Shown: positions 28,956 to 43,278, counted from the first letter of the stretch. The stretch is DNA of 64,000 nt from Eledone cirrhosa (GCA_964016885.1 OZ024740.1:197160001-197224000); one strand, 5' to 3'. Translations and numbers: made by a program. The notes: generated from the sequence alone by a model not told the origin.

Positions 28956-30189
28956 ATGGGTAGAAATAACAAAATTGCCATGGTGATATCCATTGATGAA
29001 GTATGCGACAAAACTGGTCAATGTTCCAAAATAGAACATTGCCCAGAAAACCACATCTGCCATATCTGTGCGGAACCCGAAAACTCGTTCCGTAATCGCT
29101 GGGTCAAATGTGGAACCTGTCACATCTCTGTCTGCCATCAATGCGCCACAGGCTTCCGGAGGATCCCAGGCCCAAAAAAGAGACATCATAATGCTATGAT
29201 GGATGGAATCTGGGAGATGGCCCAGCTAAAATCCTGGTCCTTTCAGTGTCTGGCCTGTGTGCCTGCCTCCACTAATGTTATTGAAAAACAACAACAACAA
29301 AAACCAATGACTATCTTCCTCTACCATTGTTACTGAACAACGGCAAAAACCTATGACACTGGCTTCTACTGCTATTCCTGTGGGAGAACATCAGAAACAA
29401 CAACAACCCATGTCTCCCGCTCCCAGTACATCTCGACGACGACGACGACGACAACGACAACAACAACAACAACAGCAGCAGCAGCAGCAGCAGCTGCAGC
29501 AACAACAACAACAACAGCAGCAGCAACAGCAACAGCAACAACAACAACAACCGACCAGTACAGATTTTGCAGAATTGCAACTAATGATTTCTGCTTTAAG
29601 AAGGGAAGTAACAAGAATAAAGGCAAGCATTCGGGTAGGACCCCACAATGAGGGGTCTTATCGGAATGCCTTGCTATAGAATCTCCCTGTACCTCTTGCC
29701 GTATCTGGCCACACTGAAAAGACTGCGGAATCTGCTACCCATGAAGTGATTGCCATTGGGGTACCAGAGGACAAGGCTGATCTTCAGGCATTTGCTGCCA
29801 GCTCAGCCAAAGACCTAGGCTGTGTTCCCCCAAAGGGTGCTCTCCGTCTTGGTCGACCTGGTCCAAAACCCAGACTCATCAGGCTGTCTTTTTCGGACCC
29901 CGCTGAGGCAACCTCATACCATCTGGCCTCTGTTAAAGCTGGGCGTGAAAATCGGATTACCTTCCGAACACGCCCAGGCCTACCACCCCACGTACGTCCA
30001 AAGCTCCGTGCTGCAGCTTCCTTGAATCGGAACTCAGCACAACATGAAAGTTTTAGTCTGCGTGATGATGGGCAGATCTGGAGGTTTGTCAAGGCTGGTG
30101 AAACGTGGAAGAGAGATACCAGTTGGTCTGAGTGTGATCTACCCACAATAACTGGCAATGTAAAAACTGCTACAACTCTGGGAAACTAA
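28956..30189 (+). pseudogene. CR1 ORF1 (PHD-like finger, polyQ, RRM-like), with one frameshift and one in-frame stop
   Basis: ATG at 28956. CHIC..WVKCGTCHISVCHQC..WSFQCLAC. Frameshift near 29315 and TAG at 29677. IAIGVPE...RLGRPGPKPRLIRLSF resembles the ORF1 RRM of CR1/L2 elements. Confidence 0.75.
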
Positions 30190-32996
30190 ACCAGAACAAC
30201 CTGCCACCCTCTACACACCATCATAAACTGCGAGCAGGGTACAAATTGTTGTCCTTAAATGCTCGCAGTTTATGCAACAAGATACATCTGTTTGAATCCT
30301 ACGTCAGAAGCATCGACCCTGACTTCATCACAGTCACAGAAACATGGGCACATTCCTTACTCTGTGATGGGGTTTTCAGCATTACTGGGTACAACCTTTT
30401 CCGCAAGGACCGCATTAATCGCCGTAGTGGTGGTGTGATGGTCTACGTTCGTTCAAACTTTTCGGTAATTCCTTGCGTTGATTTGAACGAATCACAGGAA
30501 GAAGTTTTTTTCTGTGACATACGTATGACCATGTCAACACTTCTGCTTTGTGTTGTTTATCGCCCCCCAAACTACCATCAGGACACACAGCTTTGCGATA
30601 TCCTCAGAGTTGCTGCCAAGAAAACAGCCACTTATGTGTTTATTGCAGGTGACTTCAATCATCCTGAGATCGATTGGGAAACCTTTCGTTGGCCACAAGG
30701 TGCAAACGATTTCCTTGAACTAGTGCTGGACTCAAACTGGTCATAAGTAGTCACCTCTCCAACAAGAGGTGACAACACTTTGGACCTGATCTTCACCACT
30801 ACTCCTGAAGTGGTTATCAGTTGTACTCCTGAGGAACCTCTAGGCGACTCTGATCATTTCCAATCTGGCACTTGAGGGTAGCAACAAAAACCAGAGCCAT
30901 CTCCAATCTGCTTGCTTTGATTGGAAGAGGGCGGATTGGAACTTGTACTGCACTGAGCTACAGCGCCCAAACTGGCATGAGATGTATAACTCTGGAGATG
31001 TGAACACTATACTCCAGAGCATCCTGGACTCAATATGGATAGCGTGTGCAGCATCGGTGCCACGTAAGCGGAAAAATAACCACCCCAAAAGTGCAATTTG
31101 GGAAACTTCAGCGCTCCGACTTGCCAGGAAAGAACGTCGGAACGCTGAACGGGAATATAAACTGCATAAATCAGATGCCAACAGAAAAAAGCGGAATAAA
31201 TCTTCTAACCATCTCAAGCAAGTGACAAAGAAGGCAGTGCTTGAATTTGAACAGTGCATAGCAACCAATCCTGACAGTAAGGTGTTCTGGAAATATGTTC
31301 ATTCAAAGCAGAGACCTCACTCTCCAGTTGGTCCCCTTCGCAATCCCCACACAAGCCAGATCACTGACGATCCCAAAGAATGCGCAGAACTCATTGCTGA
31401 GTGCTATGCAAGTATTTTTACTGTTGAAAACCAGAATGTACCATCTCCACCATCTCTAACATCAAATTCCATAACAACTATGGAATTTACACCTGCAATG
31501 TTGCGACGTCACCTTAAGAATAAGCGCAACTATGCCTCCCCTGGTCTTGATGGTGTGACATACCTGCTTCTCAAACGTGGCGGGTATTTCCTTTTGCGCC
31601 AGCTTTCTTTCTTCTTTCAATACTGTCTCAACAATGGTGCTACTCCGGAGCAGTGGAAAACTGCCAGTGTCATTCCCCTGTTCAAAAAGGGCAACCGCAT
31701 GTCACCTGTCAACTATCGTCCAGTCAGTCTTACTAGCTGTATGGCCAAACTGATGGAATCCTGTGTCAGAGAAACACTTTGGAACTTCTGGAGTTCTCAC
31801 AGCCTCATCCAGCCCTCACAGTTTGGATTTATCCCCAACTCCAGCTGCTGTGATCAGCTTATCAAGTTCCTAGACGACATCACCAGGATCACTGACAGCA
31901 GCTCATGGGTGGATGTTGTTTACCTTGACTTTGCTAAGGCTTTTAATTCTGTGCCACACAAAAGACTTATGGCAAAACTCTCTGCAATGGGTGTGAGGGA
32001 TGATCTTTTCGACTGGTTGAAATCCTTCATTCTCAGCCGAAAAGAAGTAGTCACGGTTCTAGGACAGCATTCTTCACCATATGAGATGTCATCTGGTGTA
32101 CCACAGGGATCTGTTCTTGGTCCCCTTTTGTTTGTGGCATATATTAATGACATAGATGCCAACTTACAGAATGCCACGGTACTGAAATATGCAGATGACA
32201 TCAAACTGTACCTTGAAATCAAAAGGACTGATCCTGAAATTTACAACTCTTTCCTACAATCAGACCTGGACACAATGCAGCAATGGATCACAGACTGGCA
32301 ACTGAAGCTGGCTGTGGACAAGTGTACCACCGTGCATTTTGGAAGGAAAAATCCAGTGTCCACATACTCCCTCCACAACACTGATATCAAGAAGTCCTCT
32401 TGTGAACCTGATCTGGGCATTACTGTCAGCAGCGATTTGTGTTGGACAAAGCATGTCTCTAAGATTGTCAAGAAGGCCGAGGGTGTCTTGGCATCACTCA
32501 ACAAGACCTTTGTTAGCCGCTCTCCAGCCATCTATTTAAAACTGTATACAGCTATGGTACGACCACACTTGGAATTCGCATCAGTCTGGAACCCCTATCT
32601 TGCTCAGAACATTGACCTCCTGGAAACTGTTCAGAGACGTGCAACCAAGCGCATACCCTCCATCAGACACCTACCATACTCTGAACGCCTTGCTTCCCTG
32701 GGCATGGATTCATTGAAGCTCCGACGTCTGGCAATGGACTTGGTGAATACCCACAAAGTTATTAACCATCTCGCCAACTGCAGCCCTGAGCACCTTTTTG
32801 ATCTCCATGTGACTAACACACGTGGACATGCCTACAAAATAAGAAAACAGCACAGCTCCCATGACTTTCGTAGACATTTTTTCATGCTCAGAGTTGCTGA
32901 AGCATGGAACAAACTGCCTGCGTCAGTTGTTAGCTGCCGCGACACTGCATCCTTTAAGACTCATGTTTCCCGAAATACGCCAAAACTACACCTGAT
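30180..32996 (+). pseudogene. CR1 ORF2 (endonuclease plus reverse transcriptase), disabled
   Basis: Stop at 30744, a frameshift at about 30840-30870 and another at about 32960 relative to the 1607-2500 copy. Confidence 0.9.
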
Positions 32997-35900
32997 GTAC
33001 CCCTTCCATACACATGCACATATGTGTGTATCATGACTCGTGCACTGTTCATTTTACTGATGTTTGTTCATTGCTCTATGTACTGTACATGCACTTTTTG
33101 ATGATTGTGGTGCACCTGGGCACTGTACACAATATTTCATTATTATTATTACTATTATATCACGATTCATACACTGTTCATTTTCCTGACATTTGTACAT
33201 TATTCTATGTACTATACATGCACCTTTGATGAGTTGCAGTGCACCTGAGCACTGTACACAATAATTTCATTATTATTTATTATTTCATTATTATTATGAT
33301 CCAGCAGTCATAAATGAGAAAAGAAAGGAAAAAAACAAAACAAACAAACTAGTTGATTGTCAGATTGGACTGAGGAAACAATGCTTCCATTGCTGATAAC
33401 ATTTGAAAAGAAGGAAACAAAATTTGAACTCAGAACAGATGTTGCAAAGCATCTCGTCCAACTCTAACAATTCTGTCAATCCACTGCTCCATGAACTGGT
33501 ACTTCATTCATCAGTCCCAAAAGGATGAAAGGCAAAATTGACCTAAGTGGATTTGAATTAAGAGTGTAGTGAGTCAGAACAGATACCAATGTATTTAATC
33601 AGACTTTGCTAATCTGCTGTCTCAATGACAAAGAGGGGAAAAATCCCTTAACCCTTTAGCATTTAAACTGGCCGTATCCGGTTACAATTTTCTCACCTCT
33701 TTCTCTTCAAACAGGTTGTGACCAGCTGCTCATACTGATATTAAGGTATTGTTCTCAAAATAAATATCAAAATTTCATTGATTCGATATTACTGCGAAAA
33801 GACAATAGTAAATATAGAGTAATGTAAATGCTAAAGGGTTAAATGAAAGTAACAAAATTAAAACTCAAGAGTACTTCAAAGAACATCAACAAATTTATTT
33901 AATTATATTTCATAAAAATAAGTATTTCACTTAGTTTCAGTTAGGTGTTGTATTAAAATTGTAAATATGTTTCCAAGTTAAACATTCAGAATGAAGATTC
34001 TCAAAGTTGTATGTACATATTACACTACAAGAATAAGCTCAAGAAATTTTTAAAGAAGAACAGCAACAAGTTGATGGTACAATCTTTTAATTTTATAATC
34101 AATAAATTAATACAAGATATGTATATACAAACTATTTTGGTTGGTATTTTCCTTTCAAAAATATCTGAATGCAAACATTGGATTCAATTCAAAATAGTTG
34201 TAAAATTAACATAGTTATTTTGATTATTTTCTGTTATGAATGAAAAATTACAACCAAAAATGGAAAAGAAAGCAGCAAGCATTTTAGTTGATTTTTTTTA
34301 AATGATACTTTTTGAATTTTTTTTTTTATTATTAAAAAAAGCAGAATTAAAAAAAAAAAATAAATAAATAAAATAAATCTATAAAAATATTTTTAAAGTT
34401 AGCCAGATAAAAATTAACAAATAGAGCAATACTACAGACTGCAGCTTATAACTATCATTTTCAGAAAAATTAATGAGGCAATGTAGCTGTGATGTACTGG
34501 ACTACTGACCACACAGTGACAAGTTTAGCATATTGTTATAGTCATTATGCTGTGCAGTGTGGTTAGAAATGAAAGTCTATCCCAAACATTGAGGCTCATC
34601 AAGTCAGAGCTTATCTTGGTTTTATTGGGGTTAAGCAACTGGAAGTACAAAACTTCAGGGTTAACCCTTAGTTGCTGCTGGTACTCATATTTTCAGCTGA
34701 GTAGACTGGGGAACATGAAATCAAGTGACTTGTTCAAGTACACAACATATACCCAGTTCAGGAATTGAACCCACAACTTTACGAACATGAGCTCAACAAC
34801 CTAACCACTAGGTTGCATATCTTATCTGTGCTCTGTAGCAAAATACACAAGTCTGTTTGCCTCAACCTGCCTAGCTGAAGATATTTAAAATACACCACAT
34901 TACACAGTCAAGTGGTTAAGCATCCAGTTATAAAAACAAATATCTCAATTATTCAAATGTAAATAAACAAATATAATGAAGAAGGAAGTCCACTACAAAT
35001 TGGGAATCCATTTTTAAATTTAATTAAATTGTTTTGTTTAGCAAACTAAAGAAAAATGCCAAAATATCTATTAAGAGTACTAAGAAAAAGAAACAAAACC
35101 CTTAAATATTTTTGGAAATCTAAGTGTAATAGAAGATTCATTAACATTGCAAATTATTAGAATGTAAAATGATCAGATTTTGAAATAGTTTATAACTTGT
35201 TATTATGGCACAGACCTGTGAGGTTGCATCTCATGTCACTATTTTTCTGGTGACAAGAGCAGCTCAGAATAACAGTGCCAAATAAATCCTGTAAGACATT
35301 CTCTCTGATGTAACAATTCTGCCAATCCACTGCTTTGGACTGGTACTTTATTTATCAATCCTGTAAGGATGAAAGGCAAAGTTGAGCAGAATGAATACTG
35401 CAAAGCACTTAATCCAATGCCCCTTTTTTATGATTCAAAATTAATTTGAATGGAAAAGAAAAATCTATAAAGTGTAAATCAAAATTTATTGAACAGCTTT
35501 TAATATTAAATTTACTCTGCAAAGAGGCATTTTTTAATGCTAGAATATCAAGTAATAATTGTCTCGAAAGAGCAATCAATAAGTGTGAAAAAACCAAAAA
35601 AAAAAAACCGATTAAATGAGACATATAGTACCAAAATAGATGAAAATCTTTTTTTTTTAAATTAAATATAACCATTTGTGGCATGGCAATTTTTGTTATG
35701 GATGAGAGCCCTAAAACTTGTAACAAATTCACTATATATCTATATATGACTTCTTTTATAAATACTCCTCTATATTTATCCAGCTTAAATTACTTAGCAT
35801 AAGGACATAGGAAATTATACAAAATACTTCAGTTCAACACTAACTCACAAAGAAAACAGACATTTATGATGATGATGAATTAATACTAGGTTATTAAATT

Positions 35901-36187
35901 TATTTATATATTTCAGTTCGATAATGTATTTCGATCAATTCCTTTTAAAGTCATATTCAGATGCTATTTTCTTCCATATATATATATATATATATATATC
36001 ATTTGGATAGGTTTGAACACAGAAGCCATGTTCCTAACGTTAACCACTATAACACAGAGGTTAATAATGTTGAGACCCTATAACTAGAAATAAAACAGCT
36101 CAGTTCAGCTTTTGGATATTTCATATAATTACGTGACTTTATAGGAAAATAAACCATAATTCAATAAAGTAATCATATAATATAACA

Positions 36188-36238
<51 letters not shown>

Positions 36239-38299
36239 TGATTATACATATACATCATCATCATCATTTAATGTCCATTTTCCCTGCAGAGTTGTCACAG
36301 TTCAAGTCAGTACTCATTCATACATACATCATCCTCATTTAAAATCCATTTTCTTTGTTAGCAAGAGTTGGTCAGGTTGTTACAGATCAGGTCAGTACTT
36401 AATTAGAGCTACTGACCTCTTAGACGGGCAGTTGTCCTCTTCACACTTGCATACATTCCCACACTCCAATTGTATATGGATTCAGTATATGACAACTTGT
36501 CGAAACTTTGCTAGGAGGGAGAGTGGAGGTTAAATGATGATATATACATAGATGTTAGTGTATTGTTCAATCCATACCAATGTGGAAATGTGGATGTAAA
36601 AACAATAATTATAATGTATATGTATATATACATGACCTAGGGTCGATTCTTCCCCTATATCTCCCAATCTCTATCTTTCTCTGGAAGAAATCGGCTGTGT
36701 TCATATCTGGAGAGGAGATGGGCTCTGCAAGGTTTTAAAAAATGTCCTAGAAACGCTGTATGTCAATGCAGTGCCCCTACAATTCCCCCAGGTGTCATGG
36801 GATAAAAGAAAAAGAAAATATCATTATCCTCTTCATTTCTACATATGCTTCTTCATGCTGGTATTCATTCAATGAGACATTTTTTAAGCAATATTCTATG
36901 ATCGGACGCCTTTCCCGATGCCAACCCTAGTTTTTTAAGTAAGGTATTGATCTTTTCCACACTGAACTGCAGAGCTACTGAGAATATTATTTATTTGGGT
37001 CATACAAAATGTCATCATATGGCAATATGATGACATGTGTATATATATGTATGTATACATAATCATCTTTATTTTACGTTTACTGTTCCACGTTTGCATG
37101 GGTAAGACAGGTATTTTACCGAACAGCATCTCTTCACTTCTTGTGTTACTTTTTCATCTCCTCTGTGAGATCAGCTCTTACCACTTCCACCCAGGTATTC
37201 CTTCCACTGGGATTTATTGGCACTTCTTCACCCAGTGATCATCATCTAAGTGCATCGCATATGTATCTTTCTCTATATATACATATGCAGGGATACAGTG
37301 TACTTACTCTAAACTATGTGTCTCCAGTTTAGAATAGATACACCATATCCCTATGTGTCATCTGGTTTTGAAACATTGCCTAAAGATGTCCTGTCAAACT
37401 CATGCAGCACACACATATATATGATGAACTTCCTTTCTACCAAATTCACTTGCATGTCATTAATGACCCAAAGCTAAAGTAGAACACACTTGCCTAAGGT
37501 AATGCATAGTAGGATCAAATCGAAAACCATATGGTAGCAAAGTGAACTTAAATACAGCCATGCCCGAAGTGTTTGTGTGTCTATGTGTGTGTGTGTATAA
37601 ACACACACACACACACACACATTCACATGACGGGCTTCTGCAATTTTCATCTATCACATGTCACTCACAAGGTATTGGTCAACCCAAGGCTCTGGTAAAA
37701 GACACTTGTCTAAGGTGCTGTGCAATTGAATTAGGGACCACATGATTGTGAACCAAACTTCTTAACATGGCCATACATATAACCATATTATATGAGAAAA
37801 TAAATTATGAGACAGAATTAAATACATTAGAATGGCTGGATGGATAAGATAGTATGCAAAGTGCAAAATTAAATATGAAAAAACTAACACAAATTTTAAT
37901 TATATAATTAAATAACATTTCAAAACGTAAAATTTTTTTCTTAAATATAAAAATAATAAATAAAAGGAAATTTACATAGGAATGAAGAAAATTTGTTGTC
38001 AAGATGTTTTGTTGGCATAAATATCATTACTAGCCAGTTTAGAAAGCTTGCTACATGCAAGTGCATAAGCTTTGCAGCTGCAATGACATATCATCGCAAC
38101 AAAAGCTATCACTATAATTAACACAAACACAGATGCAACAAAACTCAATTGGTATATCTGAGGGACAGACATTCTTCTAAGATATAAAAAAAAGGTTTTA
38201 GTTTATATTACAATAACATTCATATGGCAATCCCAACTGAGAAGGAGAGAAAATAAAAATGGTTTTCTTTGATCTGTCTATGAAAACTAAATAAGTATT

Positions 38300-38427
38300 T
38301 CAGTATTGTGAATTTTTGTCTTCTTTGTTCAGGAAGTATATTCTAACAGAGCCTTTTGTAGTTTCTACATCTTCATGGCATTTGACCAACATCCAGCAAG
38401 CAATGCCATATGCCAGGGTAGGAACAC
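38300..38427 (-). CDS. C15orf61: C15orf61/DUF4528 homologue, last coding exon
   Basis: tattttcctacag|GTGTTCCTACC...CAATACTGA = (G)VPTLAYGIACWMLVKCHEDVETTKGSVRIYFLNKEDKNSQY*, matching the family C-terminus (GIPTLLYG...VYFLNKED..Y). Phase is compatible with the upstream exon, giving 147 aa in total. Confidence 0.93.
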
Positions 38428-40189
38428 CTGTAGGAAAATAAGTGAAAAATATTTAAAGATATTCAATCATTGTAAATGAAAAAGTAAAGATGTTCAATCA
38501 TTGTAAATGAAAAAGTAAATATTTGCATATATATTTTGCACTCGATGGCATAAATGTGTTATTGAGGTTTTTTAATAGTGGATGCAAATAAAACAGAGAG
38601 ACCCTTCTTTCATTTAACCTTTTAGAATTTAAACCGGCCATATCCGACTAGAATTCTCTCACCTCTTCGGTCATCACTATGGGTGGCCGTAATTGGCCAC
38701 CCATAGTGATGTTAAGGTATTGTTCTCAAAATAAATAATATCAAAATCTCATAGATTCGATATTATGTGAGATTATTATGTGAGGTAAAGCCTTTACCTT
38801 GAAAATACAATAGTAAATATAGAATAATGTAATGCTAAAGGGTTAAAGCAACAGAAGGATCAGTTACAGAAATTAGTCATCTATTAGCATGCTATCATGG
38901 AAAACTGCAATATGTTTTTGGATAGTTGCTAAGATGTTGAAAGTATCAGGTAATTTGGAGAAAACGCTGTTGAGCCAACTAGATTATGTAGTCAACTGGT
39001 ATGTCTATATCTAATTAATACAAATAATGCACTCAAGAGGATAAGATGCAAGCAATCAACACAAATAGAACAATCCATAAAAACTGAAGTTAATAGAAGA
39101 AAGAAAAGTATAGTTCAAATAAATAAGACATAATTTAACAAACTAGCTTACATCTATCTGTACATTAAATTTACTGCTAATCCAAACTAGCACTATAATT
39201 GCTCTTAAGATGCATTACATACCCAATTTTCTGTTTACTGATCTTTTCCAAGTTAACAAATGCATTTGTGGTTCCATACCAATACACTTACATCACATTC
39301 TATTTGTGGCTCCATACCCAACTACAAACCTACAATACATCTTATTTGTAGCTCCATTTCTAGGTAGAAACCTACCCCACATAATATTTGTGGTCTATTT
39401 CTAAGTACAAACCTTTGTAACTTATTCTACCACTTTCATTACTTGATTGAACCACTTAGGTCTATATCATTTCTCTTCCCGTGTATGACTAATGTTCTGT
39501 CAGTTAAAATGAATAACTCCTTCCTGCACAACATGAAGGTTACAGCATGCTAACAACAACGCCTGAAATACCTTAACGAAATTAAGTAGCTTTCTTTGCT
39601 TCATGTATTTAGTATGGCTATGTTTAGTAAGGTCATTAATGTCTGTAGACTTGCTCCAATAACAGAACTAGTCAGTGAATTCATGCACAATATCATTAAC
39701 AATGTCATCTATCACTGAATTAGTTTGCATCTAGTTTAGAATAAGTACGCTGTATCCCTATGTGTTGTAAGAAGCAACTAAAAGGGTTAGTATTAGGAAG
39801 GGCATCCAACTGTAAAACACTGCCTCAAAAAGTCCCATCTAACCCATGCCAGCATGGAAAAATCGACATAGAAGCAATGGTGATGATGAAGAAGGGAATT
39901 ATAGATCTAGCCTTTTTGTTCATCTGTGAATATAATTGTAAGAAATGTACTGACTCCATGTTACCTGTCAATAGCCTTTTCTTTAATAATTCTAACATGT
40001 AGCTTGTCAGATAGTTTCTTGGCTTTTTATCAGGACCTGTCTATTTTCTCTGTCAAATGAATGGATCATTTCACCCTTTGGAATTGATGCCATCATTTTC
40101 AATTTGCAGTTTAGTTGAGTTAAAAAAAGGTTAAATAACCTAGGTTTTCAGTGAATTATGTGCTTTAATTGTGTAAAAAATGTTCTATC

Positions 40190-41335
40190 ATCATCATTGT
40201 TCTTATGTCCATTTTCCATGCTTGCATGGGTTGGACGGGTCCTTTTCAGCACAACAACTCTCCACTTGTGTTCCTTTGTCATCTCCTTGGTGAGTTTCAG
40301 CTCATCACTTTCATCCAAGTCTTCCTTGGTCTACCTGTACTGTGGCTTCTTACTACTGGGATTTCCTGTCACTTCTTCCACAAGCGATCATGACCCATGT
40401 GCATCACATATCCATATTAACGCAATCTTCTCTCTTGCATACCACTTTAGATTCCTCTTAAACCCAGTTCCTCCCTAAGTTCATCCAGGCTCTATCTTTC
40501 TCTCACATTTACATTGCACATCCAACGAAGCATGGTAGCTTCATTTCTCTGCATCACACTTAGCACACAAGCGTCATATAGCTGTCCTTTTGTACATAGG
40601 GAGAAACCTTTTGTTGTCAACAGTGGGAGTAGCTCTGTAAACTTCTTCTATCTTATCCTTATTCTAGCTATTATGCTCTCAGAGCACCCTCCTCTGTTGC
40701 TAATTAAATCACCTAGATGGCAGATGTGCAAACATTTAAAATTAAATATTGTCACTGAAGTATTTGGTATGCAGTGTCAGTTAAAATGTTAAAATAAAAA
40801 GTTACATTAAAGAGAGTGTACATTAAAAAGAGTGTACAAGAAAAGGTTAAACTACAGTAAACAAAAAGCATAAGTGTAATCAAGGATGTTGGCAATCTGT
40901 TGTACATGACGAGTGAGTTGACTTAAAAAAGTCAATAGAATAAGAACAAAGGCTGGACAGAAATGAAGTAAGCATGCTTTGATGGATGTGCATGTTAATG
41001 TGCGTAGATGACAATGCATGGATGAACAGAAAGAAAAACTGGGTATAAGAGGAATCAGATGCAGTGTGCAAGAGAGAAGACTGCACTGGTATGGGCATGT
41101 GATGTATATTGATAATGATCACTGGGTGAAGAAGTGCTTAGAAATCCCAGTGGAAAGAAGCTGCAGTAGAAAAAGGCCAAAGATGACTTGGGCGAAGGTG
41201 GTGAAAGCTGATCACAAATAATTGAAGCTTACAAAGGAGATAAAGAAACGCAATGACTGGAAAGATGATGTACTGAAAAAGACCCATCCAACCCATGCAA
41301 GCATAGAAAAGCAAACAAAATCGTGATGGTGATGT
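40190..41335. mobile_element. Two decayed RTE 3' fragments in opposite orientation (40190-40725 minus, 40880-41335 plus)
   Basis: KLGIRGIRCSVQERRLHWYGHV on the plus strand, plus RTE tails with (GAT)n. Confidence 0.7.
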
Positions 41336-42149
41336 GATGATTAATTGAGTGCTTATTTTCTTTTAGGTTTTTTTTCTTTCTAAGCATCAAAGAGTGCAAA
41401 CAACCATTTTAGGGATAATTCCCGCTGTAATAATTCCAGCTGGCTAAATTCTTATAAACAAAACTGTACAATCTTTAACAAAGAGCAACATTGATATAAA
41501 TAATAACATTGGACTTGGGATAGATGAAGCAAATGTTGGTGGATAAAATAATTCAGTGTTAGCAAGATTTAGAAATCATCATCATGATCATTGTTTAACG
41601 TCCATTTTCCATGCTAGCATGGGTTAGTTGGATTGTCCCATTAGAGGCAAGATGGGTCAGGTGACTGTGTCTTGCTAGGTTTCCACGGCTGGATTCTTTC
41701 CTATTGCCAACCATATTTACAGTGTGTGCTGGGTACTTTTTATTGTGATTCCTACCTGACTACTTGATAGTGTGGGCTGGGTGTTTTTTATTGTGACACC
41801 TATACAACCACTTTATGAACTAAAAATATTACATTTATAAAATGTACAGCCCACAGTTTGGCTTTAGGCTGCAAAAAGACATTTGCTTGTTTGCTTTCTA
41901 ATTTAATTATCTTAATTTCAGAAAATGCATATTGGTTTAGCATTAGAATTCTTTGTCCAGATGATTACAAGAAAATTTATTCAGTAATGAATGATGGAAA
42001 TACATACTACTAACAATTTACCAACTCATGTATGATTCACTGGTTGGTCAGAGAGTAATGTTGAGATAATCCTGCAACAATGGGAGACTCACAATGTGTA
42101 CTTTATGTCAAATATTGAAAAATAAAAGAATAACAGGATATATTCTTTC

Positions 42150-43278
42150 AAGTGTCCACACAATACTAGCTCTTTCAATTGCGCAGAGGGTTCTATAGAA
42201 ATAGTGGACAGCTTCCGTTACCTGGGTGACAAAATCAGCAGTGGGGGAGGGTGCTCTGAAAGTACAGTAGCTAGAGTCAGAACTGGATGGAAAAAGTTCA
42301 GAGAGCTTATACCACTATTAGCCGCTAAAGAGTTCTCCCTAAAAATGAAAGGCAGGTTGTATGATGCCTGCATACGAACAGCAATGTTGCATGGCAGTGA
42401 CACCTGGGCATTGTGTGCAGAGGATATACGCAGACTAGAGAGGAACGAAGCTTGCATGCTCCGCTGGATGTGTAATAGTAATATACGCGAACGGCAAAGC
42501 ATAAACGAACTAAGGAAAAAGTTAGAAATAAGAGGGAGCAGATGTTTACTCAAGAGAAGGCTACGTTGGTATGGTCACGTGATGCGCATGAAAGACGACA
42601 GCTGTATAGCAAAGTGCAGGGCAATAAAGATAGACGGTAGCCACGGAGTAGGCAGACCCAGAAAAACCTGGGACGAGCTGATAAATTCCGACCTCACACA
42701 CTTACACCTCTCCAAGACAATGTCACTGAACCGAGACCTTTGGCGGTACTCAGTAATAGAGAAGACCCGCCTTACCTAAATACAAAGTAAAACCTACTAG
42801 TCAGTAGGCATCTCTAACAAAATACACCCCCGTCCCACCACCCCCACCCCATCCACACCGCCCCTTTCAATGTAAAGTTATGTTGGTGCCACAAAATCCA
42901 GGCCGAAACAAATGAGATCGTGTAGGTGTCACGACAAAAAAAACACACAGTCCACGCTGTAATGTGGCCGTGTAGGCAACACGGTAAAAACCTCCCAGCC
43001 CCACACTGTAAATGTGGTTGGTGTTAGGAAGGGCATCCAGCTGTAGAAAACCCGCCAGACAGTCCACGCTGTAATGTGGCCGTGTAGGCAACACGGTAAA
43101 AACCTCCCAGCCCCACACTGTAAATGTGGTTGGTGTTAGGAAGGGCATCCAACTGTAGAAAACCCGCCAGACAGTCCTATGCGAGCAAGACAACCACTCT
43201 TGCCTCAAGTGGGAAGACTCCCGTCCAAACCCATGCAAGCATGGAACATGGACGTTAAACGATGATGATGATGATGAT
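42150..43278 (+). mobile_element. 5'-truncated RTE LINE with 3' tail containing a ~110 bp tandem duplication
   Basis: FRYLG, KGRLYDACIRTAMLHGS, RRLRWYGHVMR and GRPRKTW motifs. Tail ends ggacgttaaac(gat)n. Segments 42948-43058 and 43059-43174 are duplicated. Confidence 0.9.

Larger units (their letters stand above)
28900..33297 (+). mobile_element. Near full-length CR1-clade LINE (5' boundary uncertain)
   Basis: ORF1 with a Cys/His finger, polyQ and an RRM-like segment. ORF2 with APE (LNARS, VTETW, VYRPP, GDFN) and RT (YRPVSL, YLDFAKAF, GVPQGSVLGP, YADD). 3' UTR and (TTA)n tail. Confidence 0.95.

Noticed and set aside
28812-29336. Independent host zinc-finger gene
   Set aside because: It is contiguous and colinear with CR1 ORF1/ORF2 and has no splice signals, so it is better explained as LINE ORF1.
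29311-29648. Minus-strand poly-L, poly-C and poly-A/V ORFs
   Set aside because: These are antisense shadows of the CAA/CAG tract in CR1 ORF1.
38455-38518. 31-bp tandem duplication beside the C15orf61 acceptor (similar short duplications at ~7469-7510 and ~53894-53954)
   Set aside because: Ordinary slippage duplications with no evidence of function.
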